Shown: piece by piece, positions 9,455 through 18,655 of the stretch | Layout: every line of letters begins with the position of its first letter | Numbering within the stretch: the stretch's first letter is position 1 | Source: Candidatus Parcubacteria bacterium | GTDB lineage: Bacteria > Patescibacteriota > Patescibacteriia > Patescibacteriales > UBA12465 | DNA: 64,000 nucleotides | Assembly: GCA_023444045.1 (NCBI GenBank) | Contig: JAEZRQ010000001.1 | Location: forward strand, 2,000 to 65,999 | Reading direction: 5' to 3' | The notes under the pieces: generated by a model | The model's input: the letters and a program-made list of their open reading frames with translations, nothing else | Told to the model about the DNA's origin: nothing | Databases searched by the model: none | Translations under genes and position numbers: made by a program

Positions 9455-10483
9455 ATGTTTAAACCAAAATATACAATTACAAATAAACTGCTGGCTAATA
9501 TTAAAAGAATTAGTGAGATTATAGCCTATCTTAATCACCGAAACTTTTCACGTGTAGTTTTACTAGACATGGAGCGTCGCGCTCGAGAAATATCAGCTTA
9601 CTCTTCAACTAGCATTGAAGGCAATCCATTACCACTAACTGATGTAAAAAGAATTTTAAAAAATACTCCAGAAAATACTAGAGACAGTGAAAAAGAGATT
9701 TTAAACTATAACAAAGCCTTGGTTGAATTAAATACATTAATTAAAAATGAAAGGGATGTTTTTAATAAAGGATTAATATTAAAAATACAACAAACAATTA
9801 CCACCGGACTAATTGAAAAATATCGATGTGGTAAAGTTCGTCAAGAACCAGTTTTTGTTAATAACCCCAAAACACGTGAAACTGTTTATTTGCCGCCAGA
9901 TCACCAAGATGTAGATAAGCTGCTGGAAGAATTATTTCTATATCTTAATAAAAATAAAAACATAATAGACCCTTTGATATTAGCTGGAATATTTCATAAA
10001 CAATTTGTTGTTATCCACCCCTTTGTTGATGGTAATGGACGAACTACTAGGCTAGCCACTAAAGTATTACTTGCTAAAATGGGGCTTAATACTTTTTATC
10101 TTTTTAGTTTTGAAAACTATTACAACCAAAACGTCAGCCGTTATTTTCAGGAAGTTGGTGTGTTGGGAAATTATTATGAAATTAAAGATGAAATAGATTT
10201 CACTTCTTGGTTAGAATATTTTACCGATGGCATTATTGATGAGCTTTTGCGGGTTATTAAGGAGCTGGAAAAAGAAAAAATTTCTCCAGAGAGAGAATTA
10301 AAAGATTATCATTTAAAAATAATTTCTTATATAAAAAAGAAGGGTTATATTACTGACAGAGATTATGCTATGTTAACCAAGCGAGCTAAACCAACAAGAA
10401 ACTTAGATTTTAGAAAATTAATAGCCAGTGGAATTATTGAAAAGGTTGGTAAGGGGAAAGCAACTTATTATAAGTTTAAATAA
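9455..10483 (+). CDS. Fic-family AMPylase (class II, with N-terminal inhibitory motif) and C-terminal winged-helix-like region
   Basis: Active-site HPFVDGNGRTTR matches HxFx(D/E)GNGRxxR. Upstream STSIEGN matches the (S/T)xxxE(G/N) inhibitory helix motif. Confidence 0.85.
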   Translation: MFKPKYTITNKLLANIKRISEIIAYLNHRNFSRVVLLDMERRAREISAYSSTSIEGNPLPLTDVKRILKNTPENTRDSEKEILNYNKALVELNTLIKNERDVFNKGLILKIQQTITTGLIEKYRCGKVRQEPVFVNNPKTRETVYLPPDHQDVDKLLEELFLYLNKNKNIIDPLILAGIFHKQFVVIHPFVDGNGRTTRLATKVLLAKMGLNTFYLFSFENYYNQNVSRYFQEVGVLGNYYEIKDEIDFTSWLEYFTDGIIDELLRVIKELEKEKISPERELKDYHLKIISYIKKKGYITDRDYAMLTKRAKPTRNLDFRKLIASGIIEKVGKGKATYYKFK

Positions 10484-10532
10484 AGATTTCATACATAAAA
10501 ACATCCAGTATGCACTGGATGTTTTTAGTTAG

Positions 10533-10604
10533 TAGTCCTAAGGGGAATCGAACCCCTGTTACCAGGATGAAAACCTGGTGTCCTAACCACTAGACGATAG
10601 GACC
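10533..10604 (-). tRNA. tRNA-Glu (anticodon UUC)
   Basis: Manually folded cloverleaf: acceptor GGTCCTA/TAGGACT, anticodon loop TTTTCAT, T arm GGGGTTCGATTCCCC. No encoded CCA. Confidence 0.9.
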
Positions 10605-10728
10605 AATAATTGGCATAAAAAAATTTAGAACCAGTTGGAACTAAATTGTTAACTACATTTTATAAACAAAATCATCTAATGTCAATAGATAAATTTGCCT
10701 TTTTAGCTAAATCATCTACAATTAGTTT

Positions 10729-11760
10729 ATGATTATTTTAGGAATTGAATCCAGTTGTGATGAAACAGCGGCGGCGGTAGTGAAGATAAACGAAAAAAGC
10801 GGCCAGTCAAAAACGCTCTCCAATATAATTTCCTCACAAATTGCGATTCATCAAAAATATGGTGGTGTTATTCCAGAAGTTGCTGCTCGCGAGCATGTTT
10901 TTAATATTCTGCCAGTAATCCATGAAGCGTTAGAAACAGCCAAAACAACTCCTAAGAAAATTGATCTAATCGCCGTTACTAAAGGACCAGGCCTGATAAC
11001 ATCATTAATTAGCGGCACTGAAACCGCTAAAACTTTGTCTTATGTTTGGAATAAGCCGTTAGTAGGAGTTAATCACATCGCCGGACATATTTACTCTGAT
11101 TTTTTAGAGGTAAAGCAAAAGATAAACTTCCCTTTGGTGGTTTTAACCGTTTCCGGCGGACACACTAACTTAATTCTGATGAAAAATCATAGTGGTTTTA
11201 AGGTTATTGGTGAAACTAGAGATGATGCGGCTGGTGAAGCTTATGATAAAGGGGCAAAAATGCTAGGACTTGGCTACCCTGGTGGACCAATTATCTCAAA
11301 ATATGCCAAAGAATTCGCCACTTCCGGTAAAGCAAGTACTCTTAAATTCCCGCGACCAATGCTTGATAATGGTCTGGATTTTTCATTTTCTGGTCTAAAA
11401 ACTTCTTTACTATATCAACTTCAAAAGGATAAAAACTGGAAAAAAAGAATCCCAGAATATTGTTTTGCTTATCAAGAAGCAATTATTGAGATTTTAAGCA
11501 AAAAAGCTATTAGAGCCGCTAAAAAATATCAAGCTAAAACCGTGATGTTATCTGGTGGAGTGGCGGCTAATTCTGAGTTGCGCTCATTTTTGGCAGATTT
11601 GGTAGAAAAAGAGCTTCCCAAGATCCCTTTTATTACCCCAGATATTTCATACACCACTGACAATGCGGCCATGATTGCCTTGGCCGGTTATTATACTAGT
11701 AAGGGAAAGAATAAAGACTCTTGGCAGAACTTAAAAGTTGATGTAAACTTTGGATTGTAA
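10729..11760 (+). CDS. tsaD: tRNA N6-adenosine threonylcarbamoyltransferase
   Basis: ILGIESSCDETAAAV, GVNHIAGH and SGGHT motifs, typical of the Kae1/TsaD family. Confidence 0.92.
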   Translation: MIILGIESSCDETAAAVVKINEKSGQSKTLSNIISSQIAIHQKYGGVIPEVAAREHVFNILPVIHEALETAKTTPKKIDLIAVTKGPGLITSLISGTETAKTLSYVWNKPLVGVNHIAGHIYSDFLEVKQKINFPLVVLTVSGGHTNLILMKNHSGFKVIGETRDDAAGEAYDKGAKMLGLGYPGGPIISKYAKEFATSGKASTLKFPRPMLDNGLDFSFSGLKTSLLYQLQKDKNWKKRIPEYCFAYQEAIIEILSKKAIRAAKKYQAKTVMLSGGVAANSELRSFLADLVEKELPKIPFITPDISYTTDNAAMIALAGYYTSKGKNKDSWQNLKVDVNFGL

Positions 11761-11764
11761 GTTT

Positions 11765-11838
11765 GGTTCGGTGGCGAAGTGGTCTAACGCTGCAGTTTGC
11801 AAAACTGTCATTCGTGGGTTCGAATCCCACCCGAACCT
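11765..11838 (+). tRNA. tRNA-Cys (anticodon GCA)
   Basis: Acceptor GGTTCGG/CCGAACC, anticodon loop TTGCAAA, T arm GTGGGTTCGAATCCCAC. A hairpin terminator follows at ~11854-11890. Confidence 0.9.
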
Positions 11839-12078
11839 CAACTATGTTAAAAAATGATTAAGCAAGTAGCTTAGTCATTTTTTTATTGGTATAAGTAGTA
11901 TATAAACTGTGGATAACCTGTGATTTTAGTTTTTATTTTTTTATTTTTGTCCACTATGGCCTAGACTTTAAGACTTAAAAAACATAAAATTACACATCAG
12001 GCAAAAGATGTTATTTATTTAATATTAGCTAATATTAATTATTAAACTCAGTTACTTCCTAAAATAAGGGGAAAACTA

Positions 12079-12107
12079 TTGCTAGCTATTTTTAAAAGTG
12101 GTAGAAT
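12079..12107 (+). promoter_or_regulatory. Strong orphan promoter inside a 760-bp ORF-free region
   Basis: TTGCTA (12079-12084), 17-nt spacer, TAGAAT (12102-12107), preceded by TGg (extended -10). Confidence 0.6.
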
Positions 12108-12145
12108 ATACACAGGATAAACAAAAATTGTGTAATAGTTCTTAT

Positions 12146-12227
12146 TTGTTCTTTGCTACAAAGATGAAAAAACATCAAAAAAATTGTTCTTTGCTACCAT
12201 TACAACTAAATAACCGTTCTTTCACTA
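12146..12227 (+). repeat. Triple direct repeat TTGTTCTTTGCTAC (x2 exact) plus CCGTTCTTTCACTA
   Basis: Exact 14-mers at 12146-12159 and 12184-12197, and a degenerate third copy at 12214-12227. Confidence 0.8.
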
Positions 12228-12472
12228 TAAAATTTCTTGACTAATTTAGAGTCTTTGCTGAAGTTAGAGCAGCAAAAGTTTATCGGGTAGAAAACGATAA
12301 AATCAAGATTTGATTCAAGATAAAATATCAAAAAATTAAACCTTTATTTTGGGATTTTATTTACCAAGAATTGGTTAAGAAATTAACTTCAGAATCTAAC
12401 ATGAAGAATTTGCTTCAATTTTTTCGTCTTTTAATAATAAAAGAGTAAAAGTTAGCAAAAAAACAAAATATA

Positions 12473-12548
12473 GAGGCTCAACCTGGCCCAGAAATCAAAT
12501 TTTTATATAATATAAAAACCTGGCCAAACCGAGCCTCTTTTTATTTTC
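12473..12548 (+). terminator. Long composite hairpin plus T-run upstream of ychF
   Basis: Outer stem gaggctc/gagcctc (12473-12479 / 12531-12537), an inner tggcc/ggcca stem and an AT stem, followed by tttttatttt. Confidence 0.6.
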
Positions 12549-12601
12549 CTAAAAATCTGTTTAAATAGAATGGAACTAAATAAAAATAACTATTTTTACC
12601 T

Positions 12602-13669
12602 ATGTCATTATCTATTGGAATTGTCGGTCTGCCAAATGTTGGTAAATCATCATTATTTAATCTTCTAACTAAAAAAGGCGTCGAAGCGGCTAATTACCCT
12701 TTTTGTACCATTGATCCTAATGTTGGGGTGGTAAAAGTACCCGACTCTCGCCTAGAAGCTTTAGCGACTGTTTCTAAACCACTTAAAGTTATTCCAACTA
12801 CCATTGAGTTTGTAGATATTGCTGGACTGGTATCTGGTGCTAGTCAAGGAGAGGGATTGGGTAACAAATTCTTAGCTCACATTAGAGAATGTGATGCTAT
12901 TTGTGAGGTAATTCGTGATTTTAAAGATAAGAATATTATTCATGTTAATAATAAGATTGACCCTGAAAGCGATAAAGAAACAATTAATACTGAGCTAGTT
13001 TTAGCTGATCTATCGACGGTTGAAAAAAGACTATCTAATTTAAAAAAGGATAGTAAAAGTGGTAACAAAGAAATATTGGCTCAAGTATCTATTTTAGAAA
13101 AAATTTACCAACACCTGTCTGCGGGTGGATCTGCTAGAGAATTAGAATTTAGCGAGGAAGAGATGCCTTTTATCAAATCTTTATGCCTTTTAACCTCAAA
13201 ACCTATCATTTATTTACTCAATGTTGATGATAGTTTTGGTGGTACTGATATTTTAAAAAATGTTAATGAGCAAATTATTACTATTAACGTAAAAAATGAG
13301 GAAGAAATTGCCACTCTGCCAGAAGAAGAGCAGGCCGAATATATTAAAGAATTGGGCCTTGAGCAAAGTGGACTAGATAAGTTAATCGCCGCCGCTTATA
13401 AAATATTAGGACTTGATACTTTTTTTACCACCGGCCCTGATGAAACTAGAGCCTGGACCATTAAAAATGGTACTAAAGCCCCACAAGCAGCAGGCGTTAT
13501 TCATACTGACTTCATTAAAGGCTTTGTTAGAGCCGAGGTAATTCAGTGGGACAAATTCGTTGAAGCTGGATCTGATGCTCGAGCCAAGGAACTGGGAATA
13601 ATGAGAATTGAAGGCAAAGAATACGTCGTAAAAGACGGCGATGTCTGTAATTTCTTGATTAATAGATAG
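12602..13669 (+). CDS. ychF: Ribosome-binding ATPase YchF (Obg-like GTPase family)
   Basis: GIVGLPNVGKSSLFN P-loop, DIAGLV, and a C-terminal TGS-like region (RAWTIxxGxxAPQAAGxIHxDF). Confidence 0.92.
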   Translation: MSLSIGIVGLPNVGKSSLFNLLTKKGVEAANYPFCTIDPNVGVVKVPDSRLEALATVSKPLKVIPTTIEFVDIAGLVSGASQGEGLGNKFLAHIRECDAICEVIRDFKDKNIIHVNNKIDPESDKETINTELVLADLSTVEKRLSNLKKDSKSGNKEILAQVSILEKIYQHLSAGGSARELEFSEEEMPFIKSLCLLTSKPIIYLLNVDDSFGGTDILKNVNEQIITINVKNEEEIATLPEEEQAEYIKELGLEQSGLDKLIAAAYKILGLDTFFTTGPDETRAWTIKNGTKAPQAAGVIHTDFIKGFVRAEVIQWDKFVEAGSDARAKELGIMRIEGKEYVVKDGDVCNFLINR

Positions 13670-13710
13670 AGTTTTATCAAAAAACACCCTATTTTACTAA
13701 GGTGTTTTTT

Positions 13711-14886
13711 TTATTTCTTTTCAAGCACCACAATTTCTCTAAAAACCTTTTGGCCAGCACGACCATAAACAATGGTATTTCTCTGAGTTAATTTAATTAG
13801 AGGATTATTTTTTAATTCATCCGGTAAAGAGTTTTTTATTTCAAACTGATAGTAATCAGGGTTAATTGGTTTATTGCCAAAAAACATTGGGAAAATCATT
13901 ACTACCCGGCCATGGGGCTTTAAAATCTTAGCAAATTCTTTAAAAGATTTAGTATATAATTCTTCTAGTTCATCTTTAACAATTTTTAAATCATGCCAAC
14001 CGCGTTGTGGACCTAGATATGGTTCACAAATAATAGCAGCCACACTTTCCGGCTTAAAAGATTCAGATAATTTTGTAGCATTTTTTAAAAAAATATTTGT
14101 TTTAATGCCCGACAAAGCAAACTTTTCCTTAAGCCAGGCAATATTTTCTTTAGTATCATCAATTGCTTTGGGTGATAAGTCGGTAGCGGCGATATTATTA
14201 AATCCCATAAGCAACGCTTCTTGAGCTACGGTGCCAGAACCACAAAAAGGATCTAAGATTAAACTATTATAATCCTTTATTTCAGCTAAGTTAATCATGA
14301 TTTGTGCTAATTTTGGCGGTAACATTCCCGAAGCATCATCGCGAGCCGGGCGACCATAGTCACGCTTGCTCAAGTCTTTAAAAGCTTGGACAGCCAAAGT
14401 TCGGCCGATAAAAGTCCGACCACCATCAGAAGCTAAAACAATTTCTACCCCCTTTTTAAGCAACTTATTTTGTTCAACCACTACGCTAGAAAGGTTCTTT
14501 TCACGACTAGTGACTAAACGAGAGTTAACACCCGCTTCGGATAATTTTTTCTTAATTGTTAGCCCAATAGGTAGTAACTTTAAAGCACTGTCGCCATAGT
14601 CTGAAAGACCAAAATTAAGCTTACCGCTACTTTTTTTAGCCGCCTTAGAGCAAATAGCCAAAATTGGTTCATTAAGATCCTGCTTAGCAACCACCATTTT
14701 TTCAAAAACGCCAATTTTAATGGTCCCGCCCAGATTTTTTATTAAATTCTCGGGCACAATTTCGTTTTCGGTCTCCCAAATAAATAAATCTTTATTAACC
14801 AAACGACCATCCTGACACGGCAAAACAGCGGAGAGTTCCGCTAAAGATAGAGTGGGATTGCTACCTAAAATGAAAAAATAAGTCAT
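13711..14886 (-). CDS. Putative RNA methyltransferase (UPF0020/Trm11-like class I SAM MTase)
   Basis: SAM motif I LDPFCGSGT and motif IV-like CEPYLGP, with an N-terminal domain of THUMP-like size. Confidence 0.55.
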   Translation of the reverse strand: MTYFFILGSNPTLSLAELSAVLPCQDGRLVNKDLFIWETENEIVPENLIKNLGGTIKIGVFEKMVVAKQDLNEPILAICSKAAKKSSGKLNFGLSDYGDSALKLLPIGLTIKKKLSEAGVNSRLVTSREKNLSSVVVEQNKLLKKGVEIVLASDGGRTFIGRTLAVQAFKDLSKRDYGRPARDDASGMLPPKLAQIMINLAEIKDYNSLILDPFCGSGTVAQEALLMGFNNIAATDLSPKAIDDTKENIAWLKEKFALSGIKTNIFLKNATKLSESFKPESVAAIICEPYLGPQRGWHDLKIVKDELEELYTKSFKEFAKILKPHGRVVMIFPMFFGNKPINPDYYQFEIKNSLPDELKNNPLIKLTQRNTIVYGRAGQKVFREIVVLEKK

Positions 14887-15026
14887 ACTTTAATCACAAT
14901 ACCGTAATTTAAGAACTATTGCAATTATTTAATCTTTGTGCTAAATTAAACATACAAAAAAATATTTAATATCTTTTCCACGGCCGTTTTATGGTCAGTT
15001 CTCTCCCAACGAGGAGATGACTAAAG

Positions 15027-15075
15027 GTATTCTTGAGAACCCTCAAAGTTTTTGGAATACTTTTGCGGGTTTTTA
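15027..15075 (+). promoter_or_regulatory. Terminator-like hairpin within the rpsF 5' leader
   Basis: gtattc (15027-15032) pairs with gaatac (15055-15060), enclosing an inner ttgag/ctcaa stem and followed by ttttgcgggttttta. A candidate promoter TTGCAA-17-TAAATT lies ~100 nt upstream. Confidence 0.4.
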
Positions 15076-15134
15076 TTTAATCAGGAGCCGCTTTATTATC
15101 AAAAATAATCTAGTTGTTTCCTATCTTATAAACT

Positions 15135-15635
15135 ATGTCAAAAACAAAAGCATCCGGCATGAACCGCTATGAAATTATGTTCATTGTGCCAAACAAATTT
15201 ACCGAAGACGAAGCTAAAACTATCATTTCCCGAGTTGAAAAGATGATTGAGGCCGGTGAAGGTAAAATTATCTATTCTGAATATTGGGGAAAGAAGAAAT
15301 TAGCTTACGAAATTAAGCACAATGCTTATGGCTATTACCAATTATATCAGTTTGATTTAGAGGGTAAAAATCTAGCTAAACTTGATAATGACCTTAGACT
15401 ATCACACGAGATTCTGCGCCACCAGGTGTTAAGAGTTCCAGTTAGATCAGTTGAAGAGATTGCTAAAGCAAAGGAAGCTAGAGAAAAATTAGAAGCTAAA
15501 AAGGAAGAAGAAGTGGTAAAAAAAGAAACTGCTAAACCATCAGTAAAAAAAGTTGTTAAAGAAGAAAACCGGGCAGAACTTAAAGATTTAGATGAAAAAT
15601 TAGAAGGCATTTTAAATGCTAATGATTTAATTTAA
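15135..15635 (+). CDS. rpsF: 30S ribosomal protein S6 with a K/E-rich C-terminal extension
   Basis: YEIMFIV...[11 protein letters not shown] core and rpsF-ssb-rpsR synteny. Confidence 0.92.
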   Translation: MSKTKASGMNRYEIMFIVPNKFTEDEAKTIISRVEKMIEAGEGKIIYSEYWGKKKLAYEIKHNAYGYYQLYQFDLEGKNLAKLDNDLRLSHEILRHQVLRVPVRSVEEIAKAKEAREKLEAKKEEEVVKKETAKPSVKKVVKEENRAELKDLDEKLEGILNANDLI

Positions 15636-15672
15636 ATTAATAACAAGCGACCCCCTATCGCTTACTAAAAAT

Positions 15673-16092
15673 ATGAATTTAAACAAAGCGATGGTCATTG
15701 GTAATCTAACTCGTGACCCAGAAATGCGTACCACCCCATCAGGTGCTCAAGTAGCTTCTTTTAGTGTGGCTACCAGCTTAGTTTGGACTGACCAAAGCGG
15801 TCAACAGCAAAAGAAAACTGAGTTTCACAATATTGTGGCTTGGAGAAAATTAGCTGAGATTTGCGGACAGTATTTACACAAGGGTTCTAAAGTCTATATT
15901 GAAGGGCGCCTACAGACAACTGATTGGACTGGTCAAGATAATATCAAAAGATACCGCACCGAAATCGTCGCGGAAAACATGATTATGCTGGATCGCCAAG
16001 GAGCTAGCAACGGTAATAACGAATTTAGAAATGACATCCAAGAAATAGACGAAAGTGAGGAAGAAATTCGCGTGGAAAATATTCCTTTTTAA
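15673..16092 (+). CDS. ssb: Single-stranded DNA-binding protein
   Basis: OB-fold N-terminus ([15 protein letters not shown]...[12 protein letters not shown]) and an acidic tail ending in IPF. Confidence 0.92.
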   Translation: MNLNKAMVIGNLTRDPEMRTTPSGAQVASFSVATSLVWTDQSGQQQKKTEFHNIVAWRKLAEICGQYLHKGSKVYIEGRLQTTDWTGQDNIKRYRTEIVAENMIMLDRQGASNGNNEFRNDIQEIDESEEEIRVENIPF

Positions 16093-16116
16093 AAAAATTA
16101 AGAAAATAATATTATT

Positions 16117-16329
16117 ATGGCTATTAAAAAAACTAAAGAGTGCTATTTTTGCGCTAACAATTTAGAGGTTGATTATAAAGACACCAGATCTTTAAGAAAA
16201 TTTGTTAACTTCTACGTTAAAATCTTACCAGGAAAGAGAACTGGAATTTGTGCTTGGCATCAAAGAAAACTATCTGAAGCAATTAAACGCGCCCGCATCA
16301 TGGCATTAATGTCACATACTCACCGCTAA
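16117..16329 (+). CDS. rpsR: 30S ribosomal protein S18
   Basis: CYFC...IDYKD...LRKF...GKRTG...HQRKLSEAIKRAR motifs and synteny. Confidence 0.92.
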   Translation: MAIKKTKECYFCANNLEVDYKDTRSLRKFVNFYVKILPGKRTGICAWHQRKLSEAIKRARIMALMSHTHR

Positions 16330-16349
16330 TTAATTAAGTAGAAATTACT

Positions 16350-16910
16350 ATGCTAAGTATCAGTGAAATCAAGACCGGCAAGGTCATTAAAATCAACAGT
16401 CAACCTTATATTGTTACTAAAACCGACCACCACAAAATGGGCCGCGGTGGAGCAGTTTTAAAAACTAAACTACGCAACCTAATTGATGGCCGCGTTCTAG
16501 AACAAACATTCCAAGGAGTTCAGCAAGCCGAAGAAGCAGAAACTGAAACTAAAAAAGCCAATTTCCTTTATAAAGATGCCAGCGATGCTTACTTTATGGA
16601 AAATGAGTCTTATGAGCAATTTACTTTAGCTATTGAAGATTTAGGTGATCAAACTAAATTCTTAAAAGATGGCACCGAAGTTTCTGTTTTATATTTTGAA
16701 GGCAAACCAGTAACTATTCAATTACCCATTAAAATGGAATTTAAGGTTGTTTCCGCTCCTCCTGGAATTAAGGGTAATTCTGCCGGCAATGTTAATAAAC
16801 AGGTAGAAATTGAGACTGGCGCCACCATCAGTGTACCGATGTTCGTAGAAGAGGGCGATATTATTAGAATTAATACCGATTCCGGTGAATATGTTGAAAG
16901 AGCTAACTAA
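16350..16910 (+). CDS. efp: Elongation factor P
   Basis: KTGKVI...PYIV...HHKMGRGGAVLKTKLRNL, with three-domain length of 186 aa. Confidence 0.92.
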   Translation: MLSISEIKTGKVIKINSQPYIVTKTDHHKMGRGGAVLKTKLRNLIDGRVLEQTFQGVQQAEEAETETKKANFLYKDASDAYFMENESYEQFTLAIEDLGDQTKFLKDGTEVSVLYFEGKPVTIQLPIKMEFKVVSAPPGIKGNSAGNVNKQVEIETGATISVPMFVEEGDIIRINTDSGEYVERAN

Positions 16911-16957
16911 TCTTCTTAGATAAAAAAATACCACCTCCATTGCGGGGGTGGTGTTTT

Positions 16958-17170
16958 TTAGAGGAACATATTTCGCCAATAATCTCTTTCCTTAATATAG
17001 GCCTTAACCCTAAAGAATAAGCCACTAACCAACAGGATGACAAATAGCATAAACATAATAGGAAAGATTAGTGAATCACTGTTGACTTCGCTGCATGAAA
17101 ACGAGAGTGCCGCAAGAATAATTACGGAGATAATAAGCATCCCATTGCCTATTTTTTTATTTTTTTTCAT
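16958..17170 (-). CDS. Small membrane protein or lipoprotein, function unknown
   Basis: 70 aa with two hydrophobic segments and a possible lipobox LSFSC. No recognisable family. Confidence 0.4.
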   Translation of the reverse strand: MKKNKKIGNGMLIISVIILAALSFSCSEVNSDSLIFPIMFMLFVILLVSGLFFRVKAYIKERDYWRNMFL

Positions 17171-17272
17171 TGTTCAAAAGTTTTAAAGGTTCTACAATCT
17201 TCAAAGATTAAATCATAACAACAAGAGTTCGTCAACCTGTCACCATTCTAATATCGTGATATAATACCAGAT

Positions 17273-18655
17273 ATGACTATTATTATTTTTATATTCTTAG
17301 CCTTGTTTGCTTTTTTGGCCTACAAAAAGCTAGATTTAGCAGTTCTCTTAATAATTGCCGGCACCCCTCTATACTTAATAAGAGGATCACTTTTGGGAAT
17401 CCCTTTTACTTTACTTGAAGGGATGATTTTAATTGCTTTTTTTGTTTGGTTTTTTATTCGTGACGGCGCCAAAATTAAGACTTTATTTAAAAAAGAAGAA
17501 AGAACTCCTTATCCATATCGTCTTGAAATTATTGGCGTACTTCTTGTTTCTTTTACCAGCGTTATTGTCGCCGGTTTAAATAATGCCGCTTTTGGCGCTT
17601 TAAAAGCTTATTTTTTTGAACCACTGATGGTTTTTATTCTAATTATCAATCTATTTTCCGATAATGAGGGAAGAAAAAAAATTATTTGGTCACTGGGACT
17701 TTCTGCTTTAATTATTTCTTTATTTGCAATCTATCAAAAAATTACCGGCCATTTCATCAGCAACCCTTTTTGGGCGGCTACTGAAAGCAGGCGGGTAACT
17801 TCTTTTTTTGAGTATCCCAATGCCTTAGGATTATTTTTAGCGCCACTGATTATGATATTTAGCGGACGTTTAGTACCAATTCTGCCTGAGAAAAAAATAG
17901 GTGAAAAAATATTTTTACTAGCCACTATTATTTTATCCCTGTTAACAATCTTCTTTGCCCGTTCTGAGGGTGCGCTCGTAGCTCTAATGATCGGTTTTTT
18001 TGTTGGTGCTTTGCTTATAAAAAAAGCCCGACCGATTGCAATTATTTTAGCAGTGGTTGCATCTATAGGAATTTTTAGTTATGCTCCGCTAAAAGATTTT
18101 ACGATCAATAAAATAACTTTAAACGATTTATCAGGACAGATTAGAAAGCAACAATGGATTGAAACAAAAAAAATGTTCGCCGCTGGTCACTTTTGGTTAG
18201 GAGCCGGGCTTAGTAACTATCAAACCACTGTCGCCACATATCATCAAGAAGGAATATTTTTAAAAAATAATGACCCCGATTGGCTTGAAAAGATTAGAAG
18301 CTCTGAAGAATTCAGAAAACAAATGTGGCAACCAACGGAAATCTATCTTTATCCTCACAACATCTTGCTAAACTTCTGGACCGAACTTGGATTACTTGGT
18401 GCCTTGTTATTTTTCTGGATTATTGTTAAGTTTCTGTGGCAATCATTTAAGCTATATTTAAAAGAAAAAGAGATTCACAAAAAATATTTAGCCCTAGGCC
18501 TATTAACGTCCATGTTAATAATTGTGATTCATGGCTTAGTTGACGTTCCTTACTTTAAAAATGATCTTTCCGTTCTGTTCTGGCTGCTGATAGCCTTGCT
18601 TGGCGGACTAACTTTAAAACAAAATGAAAAAAATTCTCCAGAAAATAATCGCTGA
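17273..18655 (+). CDS. O-antigen ligase (Wzy_C)-family polytopic membrane protein
   Basis: About 10-12 TM segments, a large loop with the RSEGALVALMIG segment, and a C-terminal YPHNILLNFWTELGLLG motif typical of O-antigen ligase-like proteins. Confidence 0.7.
   Translation: MTIIIFIFLALFAFLAYKKLDLAVLLIIAGTPLYLIRGSLLGIPFTLLEGMILIAFFVWFFIRDGAKIKTLFKKEERTPYPYRLEIIGVLLVSFTSVIVAGLNNAAFGALKAYFFEPLMVFILIINLFSDNEGRKKIIWSLGLSALIISLFAIYQKITGHFISNPFWAATESRRVTSFFEYPNALGLFLAPLIMIFSGRLVPILPEKKIGEKIFLLATIILSLLTIFFARSEGALVALMIGFFVGALLIKKARPIAIILAVVASIGIFSYAPLKDFTINKITLNDLSGQIRKQQWIETKKMFAAGHFWLGAGLSNYQTTVATYHQEGIFLKNNDPDWLEKIRSSEEFRKQMWQPTEIYLYPHNILLNFWTELGLLGALLFFWIIVKFLWQSFKLYLKEKEIHKKYLALGLLTSMLIIVIHGLVDVPYFKNDLSVLFWLLIALLGGLTLKQNEKNSPENNR

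Noticed and set aside
11908-11953. Perfect DnaA box (tgtggataa, complement of TTATCCACA, at 11908-11916) plus a nearby TTGTCCACT, 39 kb from dnaA
   Set aside because: A rough base-composition estimate gives about one chance occurrence of this 9-mer in a 64-kb window on both strands. One perfect box and one two-mismatch box are therefore not enough to call a datA/DARS-like site or a second origin. It is worth re-checking only if genome-wide box clustering is computed.
13874-14599. Plus-strand ORFs 13874-14224 and 14366-14599 inside the methyltransferase gene, and 13406-13687 antisense to ychF
   Set aside because: They are shadow ORFs, and the opposite frames carry clear family motifs.
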